The translations under genes were made by a program, and so were the position numbers. DNA of 64,000 bases from Klebsormidium nitens (lineage: Eukaryota; Plantae; Klebsormidiophyceae): positions 124,001 to 188,000 of the forward strand of contig DF236997.1 of NCBI GenBank assembly GCA_000708835.1, read 5' to 3'. The first letter of the stretch is position 1; each line of letters starts with the position of its first letter. Below are positions 12,501-25,461 of the stretch, in pieces. The notes under the pieces were generated by a model that made no database searches, was not told the DNA's origin, and saw only the letters and a list, made by a program, of their open reading frames with translations.

Positions 12501-14676
12501 TGCACTGAAGCGAGGGAGCCGTGGCTGATGTGACCACGCTTGTTCAGACATTAGTTTCCTCCAGTGACTTGGGAAAGCTTCTCTGTTGACGAGTTGCGGT
12601 GGTGGCTGCTGCAGATTCTTCGCTGCTGAGGTGCTCCTAGCGCTGGAGTATCTCCATCTCCAAGGTAAGCCCCTGCACCCCTGCCCCTCCTGGCAGCCGG
12701 CCCGTTGCTGCGCCAGGCGTCTCAATCAGAGCCCCGTGTAGAAACGCATTGGGACAGATTGCAAGTCAGGTTACTGAAGAACGTGAGCATCATCAATGGA
12801 CCGACTTCGTTCTGCATTCCTTTGGGCTGACCCCTTGCCACGGTTGCTGCAGGCGTGGTGTACCGTGATCTGAAGCCTGAGAACGTGTTGTTGCAAGAGA
12901 ACGGCCACATACTGCTCACGGACTTCGACCTGTCCTTCCTCACCTTCTCCAGCCCCATGGTAAGGACACGCCTCACCGCCATGCCCGCCTCTGTAGGGAC
13001 GAGGTTGCTTGGAGCCATTATGCAGGTGTTCTTTGGTTCCAGCAGGTTGGATACTGGACGCTTGACGGGACACTTTGAGCGCCCCTGCTTGAGAGAGAAG
13101 GACGAGGTCAACGCCTGCTTTGATTGGTCCTGATCCTATGATGCACTGGCTGCTGACTACAGCACGCCTTTCTTTATATACTTCGTTTCGACCGAGCTCC
13201 ACTGTGCTGGGGGAATAACCCATGCACTCGGTCACACGCCTCATCTCTTTTCCTCTGACATAAGTCTTCGTTTGTGGTGGCAGTTGGTGAGGCCCGCGGT
13301 TGTGGGCGGCAAGAAGAAGCGCAAGCAGGCCGCCCAGAGCATCCGGCCCGAGCTCGTGGCGGAGCCCACCACCAACTCGAACTCCTTCGTGGGGACGGAA
13401 GAGTACATCGCGCCGGTATGTGCTCTCACCACCTTTTTCGGCGTCTAAAATAAGCTCCTTCGGTTGGTTTTGATCTTGAGGAAGATGTTCTGACGCTTTT
13501 GAAGGCGCTTGAGTAATGTATTAATTCGCCTGAACACGTTTTGAACGATTGCAAGGTCAGCAGCAGATTTCCCTGGGGTGATTACTTTGCCTAAAGTTGT
13601 TGAGATGAGTTATTTGGACGTAAGGCGCCTTGGGAGTGCAAACAATCCGAAGCAGAAAACAGGGCGGGTTTCTCGCTCGTACTATCGAGCGCGATATCTT
13701 GGGTCCTTACCGTTCCTGTCCAATCTTGCGTGGCGGCATGAGGTCACCCCCGCTCAGCGGCCGCAACAGTGAGAGAGACTCATTGCTTGTGCGAATCTGT
13801 TTCTGCAGGAGATCATCAGCGGGTCCGGCCATACGGGCTCGGTCGACTGGTGGGCGTTTGGCATCTTCATCTACGAAATGCTGTACGGGAAGACGCCCTT
13901 CCGGGGGCGCAACCGGCAGCGCACCTTCACCAACATCCTCCTCAAGGACCTCACCTTCCCCCCCCAGCCCCAGGTGCGTTGGAGCAACTGACTTCTAATC
14001 ATCTTTTACTGCCCTGGATTGTCAGTCCGAGGCTACTCAGAGACTGCCTGCACATTTTCCTGTTTGAAACTTTTCGTCTCTTCTTTGGAAAAGGCCGGGT
14101 TCTTCAAAGTGTGCATTTTCTCTGCTCAGTAATGCTGATTCCTTGACGCGATATTTCCGGTGTGCCTATCCTGCAGGTCAGCCTTGCTGCGCGGCGCCTG
14201 ATCCGTGGGCTACTGGAGAGGGACCCCAATAAGCGACTGGGGGCGACCAAGGGAGCGACCGAGTTGAAAGCCCACCCCTTCTTTGAGGGCCTCAACTGGC
14301 CCCTCATCCGCTTCGGGGTGAGCACACGGGTGAAAACCACCACATCTTTCTTACGTTTTCATACTTGTGATTGCTTGAATCTTTGCTTCTTTGCCCGTAC
14401 TTCTGACCAAGATTTGTGATCTTACAGAGGTTATCCTTTGCATGTCATGAAAGAATCTGCGCTCAAATTCGTTTGAAGCACACGTGCTCACAGCCGACAA
14501 CGAACAGACGTACGGGCATTGAGGTATTGATATCGACGCCCTCTGCTCTGCAGTCCCCACCCGACCCCGAGAAGCCCGTCCAAATTGCGAAGATGGAGAT
14601 CCGGACGTCCATCGACGATGAGAAGGAGGAGCTGGACTGGGAGGAGGTCGATGAGCAAGGCCACCTTGTGCAGTGA
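6510..14676 (+). CDS. PHOT: Phototropin blue-light receptor kinase (LOV1-LOV2-AGC kinase), 18 exons, ~871 aa
   Basis: Exons 6510-6784, 7864-8046, 8212-8303, 8455-8757, 9254-9462, 9951-10178, 10461-10571, 10708-10767, 11012-11101, 11413-11574, 11844-11924, 12346-12449, 12615-12664, 12853-12959, 13284-13415, 13809-13973, 14177-14317, 14554-14676 (2616 nt, phases consistent). LOV1 GKNCRFLQG (Cys codon split TG|C by intron 1), LOV2 [34 protein letters not shown], and kinase motifs [37 protein letters not shown]. Confidence 0.98.
9538..9580. repeat. 22-bp-period tandem duplication in phototropin intron 5
   Basis: gagaccagagagaggtcttag / gagaccagagagaggtctcag, 20 of 21 bases identical. Confidence 0.8.
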
Positions 14677-16304
14677 GCGCGAGCAACAGGAGCTGCTAAT
14701 CGCAAGTACGAAGGGTCTACCGGAGGTGTATGTACATGGGAGGGGGTCAAGTCGAATAGCCACGTGTAAAACTACGGCTGGGAGGCGCCGTAACGGGTTC
14801 GCTGCAGAGCGGTCACTATGGTGGCGGTTGCTTTGGCGGCAAAACACAGCGCCCCTAGGGAGTTGTGTCAATAGCTCCCGCAGTTTTGTGGAGTCAGAAC
14901 AGTGCTTGGCAAAGACAGCGTTCACTCTTAGAATAAGAAGTTGGAACGATCTAACACGGCTGAGGTTCGGCGTCATGAGGTTGACAGGAATAGAGTGTGG
15001 GCCTGTACAGTGGCACTCAACAAACCTTTTCTTTAGAAGACCACGTCATCGCACGCGATGCGATGGAGGCTTTGTGTTGAATTGCATCTCTGAGACTTTG
15101 CAGTTATAGAAAGGAGAGTGGCAAGTTCCTTTGATATGTAAGAGCAATGCGGCACACTAAAAGATGCACAGAAACTCACAAGACTGTTCACTACACAAGA
15201 CTGTCTTGACAGATTTGCTTTCACGATCTTGCATGGTGTTTTCTCCGGCGCCTGGTCAATTGTGTCCATTTGGAAACGGTTCAGAATAAGGGCTTGGATG
15301 CAATTACAGTAGATTGCTCTAGCTGGACCTAAGTGCACCATGTAGGTTCAGTATCTCGAGCCTGCCGCTGGACGTCACAGGAAGCAATAATGGCCCGGTA
15401 AGATTGTCTGTCACCAAGCCGGCTTCAACTTGAAGGGTGACAACTGTGTGGAATAGCTTAAAGCTGCAGTACATTCAAAGAGAAAGTACTCCTACGTTCA
15501 TCAGACGTGCGCTATATGAATGAACAGCAGTTGAACTACAGTAGATTGCAGGCAATGATGCAGAGCTGTACTCAGTGGTTCGAAATATGAGACGTCAACA
15601 TTTTTACCGTCTTTCAGGTGCACTGGGCATCTGGAAGACGTACATATATTGAAAGTCACATGCTGAAAGTCGTTCGACATGGGCCACGCAAATACATGCA
15701 CGTTCATGATCGTCTCTTCTATAGTTGTCGATCATTGACTGCAATTGGCAACGGATCTAGTAGGAAGCTTACGAGCTACTGTAGTAGGGCGGTCAAGACG
15801 TCACGTGCAGGGCAGCAAATGTACTACTATACACTCTTCTCAGAAGTGATCGAGGATCTACATAATCCATCAACTTGCAATCGAGATCGCGGATCGACAG
15901 CAGAAGTTAAAAGCTTCTGTACGTTGGAAGTAAGCCTACAATTAGGTAATGCAACTAAGAATCGGCCATGTATGGCTTAATGAAAAAACGAGTCACGCAT
16001 GTATCGTCTGGAATCATGAAGCGCGACTGCGCTCAGCTTAAAAACCGTACAAGCTTCTCAGCAATCCATAACACAGCTCACAAGTACCTGAGCAAACATG
16101 AACACGCTTGCTCAATGAAGGCCCAAAAATGGCATACGCCGGTCTGCCTTATGGCGACCTGCCTGATGGCTAATATGCACCTGTGTCTAGCTACTTGTAA
16201 AGAATGCTTGTACTTGCCCGCAATTGCAAAGCCTATGCACACAAGGGCCCTTTTTGCACACGTTTTGCAACTTACGAATCACGATAAGCAGACTGCAGGT
16301 GTTG

Positions 16305-18153
16305 CTATAGAGTGTGTGTGTTCTCGTTCAGCGCCTTCCCAAACCCGTAGAGGATCCCAAAGGTGACTGCCATGGCGAACCAACCGCCTATTGTGACTCT
16401 CAGCGATGCTCTGAACAGGGGCGCGCCCCCAAGCCACGCGCCCGTCGCCCCAATCGCGATGAAGCCAAAAGTAGAGGCGATGATGAGCACAATGACCCTG
16501 GTGATGTAATCGGTGATGAAGGCGGCAGACAGCAGGGGGATGGCGGCACCGACCGCAAAGGCCAGCGCTGACGTGATGCACGCCTGCCACGGCTTGGACA
16601 AGTCGTCCATGTCGATGCCCAGCTCGTCGCGGGCGTGGGCGCGGATGGGGTCCTGGGCAGACAGCTCTTCTGCTACCTGGCAACGACAACGGTGGAGCAG
16701 ACCGAGATGAGGCCCGGCAAAGAAAACGTTAAGTGAAAACGACGACATTGTCAAAGATCAAAGAAACATTTGGAGCACGTTAACGACTTTGAGTGGATCC
16801 TGCCAGGCCTTCAAGAGATCCAGAACAAGCAGCCCAGAGTGACTTTAGAAAACCTATCCATATTGACATAGGGAATCAGGGAGTTTCGGAAAACGAAGGC
16901 TACAATGTAGATAGAGCGTGCAGCAGATAGAACCAGCTTCCATAACGTGACCTGTTTCTGCGTCACACACACCGATTCCACCTCAAGTACTCATGGATGC
17001 CTCAATGAGCAGTTTCTTCTCTTACCAGCAATCAGGCTTCTGTGACTGCAACAATGACTTTCAACACCTGATGCCTTTGTGCAAGATAGGGTAGGAGTCA
17101 GTGCAAAGTGTAGAAGAACTGGCTCACCTGCCATGCTAAAGCTTTTGATAGGCCCCTGTCCTCATATATCTGAGCAAGCTCCAGCTTCTCCTTATGGACG
17201 TACTCTGGACCCTTGCTGTGCTCCTCAATCTCTGCCCTGAGGTCTGCCTTCTCAGTGTCCTTTTGGGAGGAGACTGAGACGTATTCGCCTGTCCAAACAA
17301 GAACAGGTTGATTGTCCAAACAAGAACATAGGCAGGATGATGCCAAACAAAGTTGCTCCCTGGGGCTGGCAACTGGAGATGAAGAGGCTCCCAATGTCTA
17401 GTAGGCACACCCAAGCATGCAATTATCACGTGAGATGTGCTAACATCATTCACAGGAATCTGAGCACATGATGTATGTCTCCCTTCAACCACTCACCTGC
17501 TGCCATTGACAATGCCCCAGCAATCAGAGCTGCGAGTCCAGAGATCAGCATGGCCTTGACATCAGACTTGACAGCTCCCACACCAATCTGCATCAAAAGG
17601 ACCTCTCTCAGCAAGTAAAGACAGTGGCGAGAAACATATTTGTCTGGAGCAAAAGTGGAAGAACTGCAAGACAGAAATACAGGTGCTGATTGCATGGTAG
17701 CGACTGCAACCAGCTGGCTTGACCTCTTGTCGTTGTTGACTGATCAAAAGATGCTCTTATAGCATCATACACAGCCGAGCTGAGGGCCTGCATAAGTGAG
17801 TCACAGTCACGCACAAGACTGGTGTTAAAACAGTGAGCTGTAAGACAAAAAGCTATTTCCAATATGAGCCAAGACACTATCAATGAGCACCTGTTCTCTG
17901 ATTCCACAGCCATTTGAATGGGTCAGTTCCTTACCAGGATTGATGCAACCGATGTCAGTCCATCATTCGCCCCCAGCACCGCTGCTCGCAGCCATGGCGC
18001 CCTCTGACTGTAATGCTTGTGGCCGAAGGGGTGCAGCGGATCCTCTGATCCACTTGAGGGGCTCGGGGATGCTGGGACATCTGCCTGTCTATCAAGAGGC
18101 TCCGGGTCAGGAATGGCTATGGAAGTATGCTTTGACTCTGTATTCGCGGCCAT
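16305..18153 (-). CDS. VIT1/CCC1-family vacuolar iron/manganese transporter, 4 exons, ~280 aa
   Basis: Exons 18153-17935, 17587-17497, 17288-17128, 16676-16305, in phase. Motifs RAPWLRAAVLGANDGL, GALSMAAGEYVSVSSQKD, cytosolic ELAQIYEDRGL...AHARDELGID, and C-terminal TM helices. Confidence 0.95.
17290..17328. repeat. 16-bp direct repeat (period 23) duplicating the 3' splice-site region of VIT intron 2
   Basis: tgtccaaacaagaaca at 17290-17305 and 17313-17328. On the minus strand only the copy next to the exon ends in CAG. Confidence 0.8.
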
Positions 18154-19115
18154 TTTGCCAAGTGATTGAAAGTCTCTTGTTTCAAGGGTTTGCAAGACTC
18201 GACTAATGTATCACAAAGGACCTGAAAACTTTCTCGAAGCAAGGCGTTAAATACGTCAATAGATAAGCTCAGCAGCTTGCAGACCTCAGCAGTGCTTGCA
18301 CAGAAGTCGTCCTCCCCAGCTTGCCTGAATAGCAAGCGCCAGCGCCAGCAACAAACAGTGCAAGAAACTTGGTTTGCTCTTTGAACTTGAGTCAGGCTGG
18401 CCACTTCTGCTTCTTGGACTTGAGAACCTGTGCCGGAGCCTTCCTCTTCAAGTTATCTGCTTTGTATGGGTTCTCAAGCCCATGAAGCCCGCAGGGCCCG
18501 AAGAGGACGGTTGGTTTGCATGGCGGCATTTGAGCGGATCAGAAGCGTCCTCGCGTCGGATTCGCGAACGGCGTGTGCTGCTCACGCAACGAATATCCAA
18601 AACCTTGACCAATCAGCAGCGAGTACGCGTTCCCGGCAGACGCCTCAATCTGATGTGAAGCGTCCGATTCGAGTTGCCAGTTGACGGTTACGATTTGCAA
18701 CCTGCCAAGATCGAAGGACCGTTGGATGCACTTCTGAGATATCGAAGGCCTCGGATATGTCCAACAGTAGGGTCTTATTCACCTTAAATGCTACTTCATT
18801 GTGAAACTTCGAAACAGTCTCAGTGTGAAGTATTTCGGTTATCGCAGCAAGGTAGTAGCTGGCATCATGCAAGCCGATTCAATTAAAGCAGCTTTGAAGA
18901 GATCAGCTTGCAACAGGTTGCAGGACGCAAAAGAAGAGCTCTTATCCAATCACTGATTCGGTAGGGTACTTCCTCGCTAGATTTTCAACTGACTGTGTCG
19001 TCCTTGAAGCTTGTGATCATAGCCTTAGGAAGCACCATCAGCTTCTAAAAAGCAGAAAATTAGGTTGTGCAGCAACCACTAGCAGGAACAACTTCAGATC
19101 TGTGATCAGCCCACG

Positions 19116-22100
19116 ATGGAGATTGTGGCGCGGGCCCACGGGTCTGGCAGAACCGTCATCAGGAACGTGTGTTCAACAAGTCAGGTGGCATCGCCGTTGA
19201 CCACACCATTGCAGAGTCTATTGTTCCGAAGCTGCGGTATTCAAAGGATGCCACCACAGCTTTTGCAAGGTGGTAAGCACGGTGGGATCCATGGCCGTAA
19301 GCGAGCGCCACCAAAGTTTCAAAGTCAGAAGAGCCAGGCAGTATTAGGTGTAGACCGTGATAGTCAAAAGGCATGGGTGCTGGAAGGCACGCAGAGCTCC
19401 GTAGAGAGCAAAGCTGCGGACTTGGACAGACTGCGGCGATCAGAAGAGCTGTCGGTGGGGTCGTCCAGCAATGACAGTCTAGACCTGATCGATGATCTGG
19501 CGGAGTCCAAGGCAGAGACGAAAAAGGGGGCTGATAAGGCGCAAATAGCCATGAGCGAAAAACAGGGGATGCTGCAGCTGGTGGCAGAGTACCTAAAGCC
19601 TGATGGGGGGCCGTCGCGATGGTTCTCGCCGATCGACAGCAAGCCGCCCTTCCCGAACGCACCGCTCATGCTGTTTCTTCCGGGCATCGATGGGACGGGT
19701 CTCGGCGCAATCGTTCAGGAAGAAGCTATAGCTGAGTAAGGTATCATGAAACTGAGCTCGTACTTTTTCTCCTAGATCACTCTGCTTCCATTTCAAGTGT
19801 TCACTGCTCATTGTTTCTGCCTTGCTTCAAGCTTTTCAATGAGCTGGGCTGTGATACATTCAACAGGTGTATCCCCCGCGAAGCACCCAAAGGTGCCTGT
19901 TTGGGCCCACCTTGGCATTGGAAGCAGAGAGTTTCAACAATTTTGAGCAGGCCATTGGCAACGTGCAGTATTCTCAAAAAGAATGGAAAGACAATTTGGC
20001 TGATGATGCCACCACCACATCGAGCTCTTCACGTTTTACTTCTATCATCATAGCATCCTTGTTGCTTGAAAGACTTGTTGGTTTCTGACATCACAAGGAT
20101 TTTCCAATCGTTGAGCTTCTTCGCCGCTTCCTAGTTCGTGTCTGCCAAGAGTAAGAAAAGCTTTATACTGCAGTGAGGGGTTTGATGATGTCTCCGAAGC
20201 CTTAACGACCAGGGCGGCCGTTGATTGCCCCTGACACCAACTTGCGTTCAAGCCTCCCTTTGGGCTGATGGGCTTCTTTTCTTTGCAGGCGCTTCGAGCT
20301 TTGGTGTATGCACACTCCAGCGCAAGATCGAACTGGGTTTGAGGGTGAGTTAAGTTGGTTGTTAGTCTGCCATCTACGCTTGTAACCCACTTTTTCTGGT
20401 CTTGTGAACTACAGGGCAGAGCTTCGTTTGCTTGTAATGCTTCATAGAATTGACAACTTTCCAGAATCAAGTGCGGGCTGACCAGCTTGATTTCCTTGCT
20501 GCAGGCCTGGTGAGATTTGTGGATGAGACTGTCAAGCAGGAAGCAGCTAGAAACCCGGACCGAGCAATCTACCTCATGGGCGAAAGCTTTGGTGGGGTAC
20601 TCGCGCTGGCAGTGGCGGCCAGAAACCCAGACGTGTACCTCCATCTGGTCCTCGTCAATCCAGGTAAATCTCGCTTGTCAAACCTTGTCGGCAAATGCTC
20701 GGCAAGCCAAACCGTTTTTGAGGCGCATTGAGACGGTAACCCTCTGTGAACAGATTGTTGGAATGTCACTTACATCGTTTTTTACTTTCTGAACAAACGT
20801 TGGCGCATCATAAGCAAGCTGAGGTCATCTTCGTGTTTGCTGGTGCAGCCACTGCGTTTGCCCGCTCCAGCCTCCAGCCTCTGCTGCCTCTCTTGAAGAG
20901 CCTGCCCGACGAAGCGTACCGCCTGGTCCCGTTCGCGCTAAGCACCACCTTGGGTGAGCGCCCACCAACTGGATCGATGGAATCACCAGGTTTGCTGCTG
21001 TGTGGATGTTCCGCTGTTGTGAACGTCTACTTTATGCAGGAGGCTTCTGCACAAATCATACTGTTTTCGGCAGCTTTCCCCTCGCTTTTCGTTATGTACA
21101 CGAGGACGAGTCCCTTCCAGATTGCTCGACAAACCCACAACAGCACAAATGTGCATGTACTGCGTAGCACCTCCCTGTTTTCCACACAAACCTGAGCTTT
21201 TCTCTCTGGTTGCGCAGGCGACCCCGTGCAGATGGCCCTGGCCACCATCCAGCAAGGCCTCCCCCCCCTTCAACAGGCCCAGGCGCTCGCAGACTGGCTC
21301 GTCCGTCAGCTCCCATCGCTCTCGGTATGTTATCTGCTGCGAAGCGTCAGAATTTTGACTTTGTTTGTGCCGCAACTTTGTCATCCTCGAAACTTTCTCT
21401 CCAAAGTCATTTCCCATTGGTCCTCTCAAGTTGTCGCTGACGTATTGCGGCTGTGAACGTCGTTACTACGACGGCACGTCAGGACTGTGGTCATAACGTT
21501 GTCGGCTGAATCAGGCACCATAATGATATCTTCTGTGGTGATTCTGAAATTGACTTTCGCGCCTTGCTCGACAATCAAACCTACTGTTGGTAGATTTTCC
21601 TGTCGTCACCCTTAAGAGGTTGTCCCTTTTTAACGGTGCAGGTTATGGCTGACATTCTGCCACGTGGCACCCTCGACCACCGGTTGGACCTCCTGAAGGT
21701 TGGTAGCGAGTACGCAAACGAGAGGCTGAAGGAGGTCAAAGCGCCAGTGCTGGTCCTGGCTAGGTGAGCCCCGCTGCTGGACCCTGGGCTTGGTCCTTGT
21801 GAAGGGATTGAGAAGCTATTTCTATTCGGAAATCGTCACTTACCCTCTCTCAGAAGAGAAACGTCTTTTCGATATGTACCCCCTCCGTTCTGCGAGATTT
21901 GAAGAGGAAAGGTCTTCCTCGAGAGGACATTTTCAGCCTCCCCTTGACGAGAGCAGTCTCTAGTCGGCCGCCACGAACCCCTCTTACCGCTTGTTCGCCC
22001 GCCCACATCTGCGCTCTCTCGTTCCCAGCGGCAAGGACGGGCTGCTGCCGTCGCGCGACGAGGCGTCCCGTCTCCAGAAGGCGCTCGCGCGGTGCAAGGT

Positions 22101-25100
22101 GCGCCGCTTCGACAACAACGGCCACACGCTGCTGCTGGAGGGGGTGGACCTGGTGGGCAATATCCGCACGGCAGACTTTTACCGCCGCTCCCGCGCCGAT
22201 GAAAATCCCATCTCGGGCTTCGTGCCGCCCACGCCGCAGGAGCAAGACAAGGCGCGCAAGGGGGCCATCGAGTGAGTTCGCGGCCGTGACCCGTTGATCA
22301 ATTGAGAGTGGCAATTGTGCAAGTTGGGACTCATTTCGCTGACGTCGACCTGTTGCGTTCCAACCGCGGACCCCTTCCGGCTCGTTTTGTCCTGTGAGCA
22401 AGTTGTGTACAGCCGCTGACTGGTTCCGGGATGATACCGGCTCAGCAACATGACTCCCAACGTGGGTGTTCCTTGGCGGTTCTCAAAGAAGCTGGTCGGA
22501 CAAAGGTTCTGTCGTTTGACGCCGTCCTTTGCTATTTCTGCAGGTTTCTGCAGAAGACCACCAGCCCCGTCTTCTTCTCGACCAAGTCCGACGGCACCGT
22601 GGTGCAGGGCTTCGATGGCATCCCCGATGACCGACCGCTTCTGTTCGTCGGGAACCACCAGGTGAGCAATGCTGAGGAGATAGGTGACTGGACTTCACTC
22701 CTCGTCTCGTGTTTCTTACCAGGGGAGACCTTTACTTTTCCCTTCAGATCCTGTCACCGATTCGTTGAATGACAGATCGGAGGCAGGACTTCGTACTAAG
22801 TAAATGTGAACAATTTCAAAAGCCTGCAGAGTTGTTGTTGCGCTCACTTTGCCTGTGCATATTGATTTCACGTCACTCGTTTTTGCAGTTGTTTGCGTTC
22901 GATCTGGGCCTGTTGGTGGACGGAGTGCTGACCGGGAAGGGCCTCCTCCTCCGCGGACTAGGTAAGAGCGCCGGGACCGACTGGAGCCTGGAGTCCACGC
23001 CCCCTTCACTTTGGCCCGGATAAGATCTATTATTTTTGCGGTCAGAGGTTTCTCCGCACTGCGCTCACGTGTCTCCACGCTCTGCCATATTGCTCCGAAT
23101 ACCGAATGCTGGGGTCTTTGGCGTGTTGGACTCTTGTTGCGCTCAAACCGATCGAGTTGACCGGTGAAGAACTTAATGGCAATTAGGAGGCACGTGCCAG
23201 CACCGAACATGCCTTTGACAACTCTGGTGTCGTTCGTTCGTCCAGCCAGCTAGTGGCCTTTCAAACCGGCCGGCCACAATTGGCTCGCTTCCCTTGTAGT
23301 CAGACGCCGGGCTGAATGAATTTACAAAGAATGAAACGTAACATATCTCTTCCGTGCAGCGCATCCGGCCGTGATGGGGTCCAACCCTGCGGCGGCCACC
23401 CAGGACCCCAACCAGCTGGCAGACTTCTTCAAAACGTTCGGCGCCGTAAACGTGAGTCAGCCGAAAGCCAGCTTCAAAGGACGTTATCCCCCTAAAAACC
23501 CTGTCCGCACGGTGCTATTCTCGAGAGAGCTCGAGCGAAAACTAGAACGACGCGATGCTCAGAGTTGCCGCAATCGTGCTGCCTGCAGAGGACCCGCAAC
23601 CTCTCTGGCGTTTGTTAATGCTCATCACTATGGTTGGCGCTGAACGCGGATCGTTGCGCTGCAGGCGACTGGGCCGAATCTGTACAAGCTTCTCCAGAAC
23701 AGGGATGCGGCCCTGCTGTACCCGGGTGGGGTGCGGGAGGCGTACCACGGCAAGGTGAGCGCAGCCGGCCGCGCATCAGCGTTAAGCGAACCAGGGCGAA
23801 GGGTCGGGGGCCGTCGTGAGCTTGCAATGGCAACGGCACTCTTCAGGGGGCGCCTGAGACTCTCAAACGTCTCGGAAGCGCTCTCCTCTCTTGCTGAGCT
23901 ACTTTGGATCAGCCGGCATCCCTTGCTTTAGGGGACACCCTTCTACGAGGATATTACCAACCGCTTCGGCCTTACATGCTTATTGTGGTAACTTTTAATT
24001 GAGCAATCTGTATATACCACCCCGCACACCAGTTCCCAACCCTTTCTCGCGTTCGTCTCATCAATCCCCTAATCTCCGGTCGCAGAACGAGGCGTACCAG
24101 TTGTTCTGGCCGGATCAGCCCGAGTTCGTGCGCATGGCTATCAAGTTCGGCGCCACCATCGTGCCCATTGCGGGGGTCGGCTCGGCAGACAGTATTGACC
24201 TGGTGAGCCCCCCGTCAAGTCGCGCCTTTTGCTACCCCCTGTTTCTCGGTATTCTTGACACTCGCCGTGTTTGGGGACATACGCATTTCTCATCTGAGAG
24301 TAACGAAAGGAGGGCGTCTAATCTCGTCGATCCCTCGTGGCTCTGCGGTCTCTCAGAGGCTGTGACGTCCCCGCCAAAAGTTTACATGCTCCACCTATCG
24401 TGTAAGCGCTTCTTTTTCGCCACAGTATGACGGGTAGTGCGAAGGCTAGCCTCCCGTTGGACGCTCCTCTGAGAGCCTTGGGGCTGAGCTTTCTTACGTG
24501 ACGATGGTTGCTGACGTCATCTGTGGCTGGCGCAGTTGCTGGGTCCTGACGAGATACTGAAGCTGCCCATCATCGGGGACCGGGTCAGGAAGCAGGCGGA
24601 AAGCATCCCGAACGTCAGGTGCGCAGCAACGCTTCCTGTCCTGGCGCCCTATCTTGCTGCTTCTGTAGCCGCAGCTATTGTGCGCGGTTTGCAGAAGGTA
24701 TCACTGCAAACGATGAACAATTTCATTTTTCTTGTAGTGAATTTCGTGCATTCGACGAATTGATGTCTTAGGACGTATGTTTTCTGAGTCTCTCTGCCGT
24801 TGCTCCTACAGGACCGGCGTGGCGGAGCGCTTTATTGCCCCCTTGCCCGCCCCGAAGCTGCCTTCTCGCCACTACTTCCTGTTCGGCAAGCCCATCGTTA
24901 CGCGAGGTGCGGGTCCATCCCTTTGTCTCTTGCTGGCTCTCTCGGGGACCCCATTCTTGGTCCTCTGTCCTATGCTGCTCAGTATCTTTTGGGCGCTTTG
25001 GGGTTGACTGTTTTGACTTTGTGGAGTCGCTCTAAAGCACAATTCTACCTCTGGCGTCTCAATCGTCCTAAAAACAGGCGAATTGATTTTTCGCTCGATT

Positions 25101-25461
25101 TAATAGTAAGGTTTGCATCGGCTGGGCGGATGGATCTTAGTGGGCGCCTTCTGCCTTTTCGGTACCTACTTCATTAGGTGTCGTCGCCCGCAGTCGTGTG
25201 GGTGGCTGTCAATGCTCTCTTGCTTCTCGTTTTCTTGCCCTCTCACGAGAACTCTACTCTTGTGCAGGGATGGCGGAGGCCGGGGTGGGCAAGGACCGCG
25301 AGCAAGTGAAGCAGCTGTACTCGGAAGTCAAGGCCCAGCTGCAGGGCTGCATCGCGTACCTCCTCGACAAAAGGGCCAAGGACCCTTATCGGGACTTCAT
25401 CCCGAGGGCCCTGTACGAGCTGACGTGGGGCGGAAAGCAAGCGCCGACGTTCAGGCCCTGA
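19116..25461 (+). CDS. PES: Phytyl ester synthase-like esterase/lipase/thioesterase-acyltransferase (PES1/PES2 family), probably plastid-targeted, 15 exons, ~757 aa
   Basis: Exons 19116-19735, 20289-20344, 20505-20663, 20849-20953, 21218-21324, 21642-21763, 22029-22271, 22544-22661, 22889-22961, 23360-23451, 23665-23754, 24086-24202, 24536-24618, 24812-24906, 25268-25461 (2274 nt, phases consistent). Motifs WFSP...LFLPGIDGTG, GESFGG nucleophile elbow, GHTLLLE, acyltransferase VGNHQ...D, LLYPGGVREA, LFWP.QPEFVRMA. The Ser/Thr/Arg-rich N-terminus is transit-peptide-like. Confidence 0.94.
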
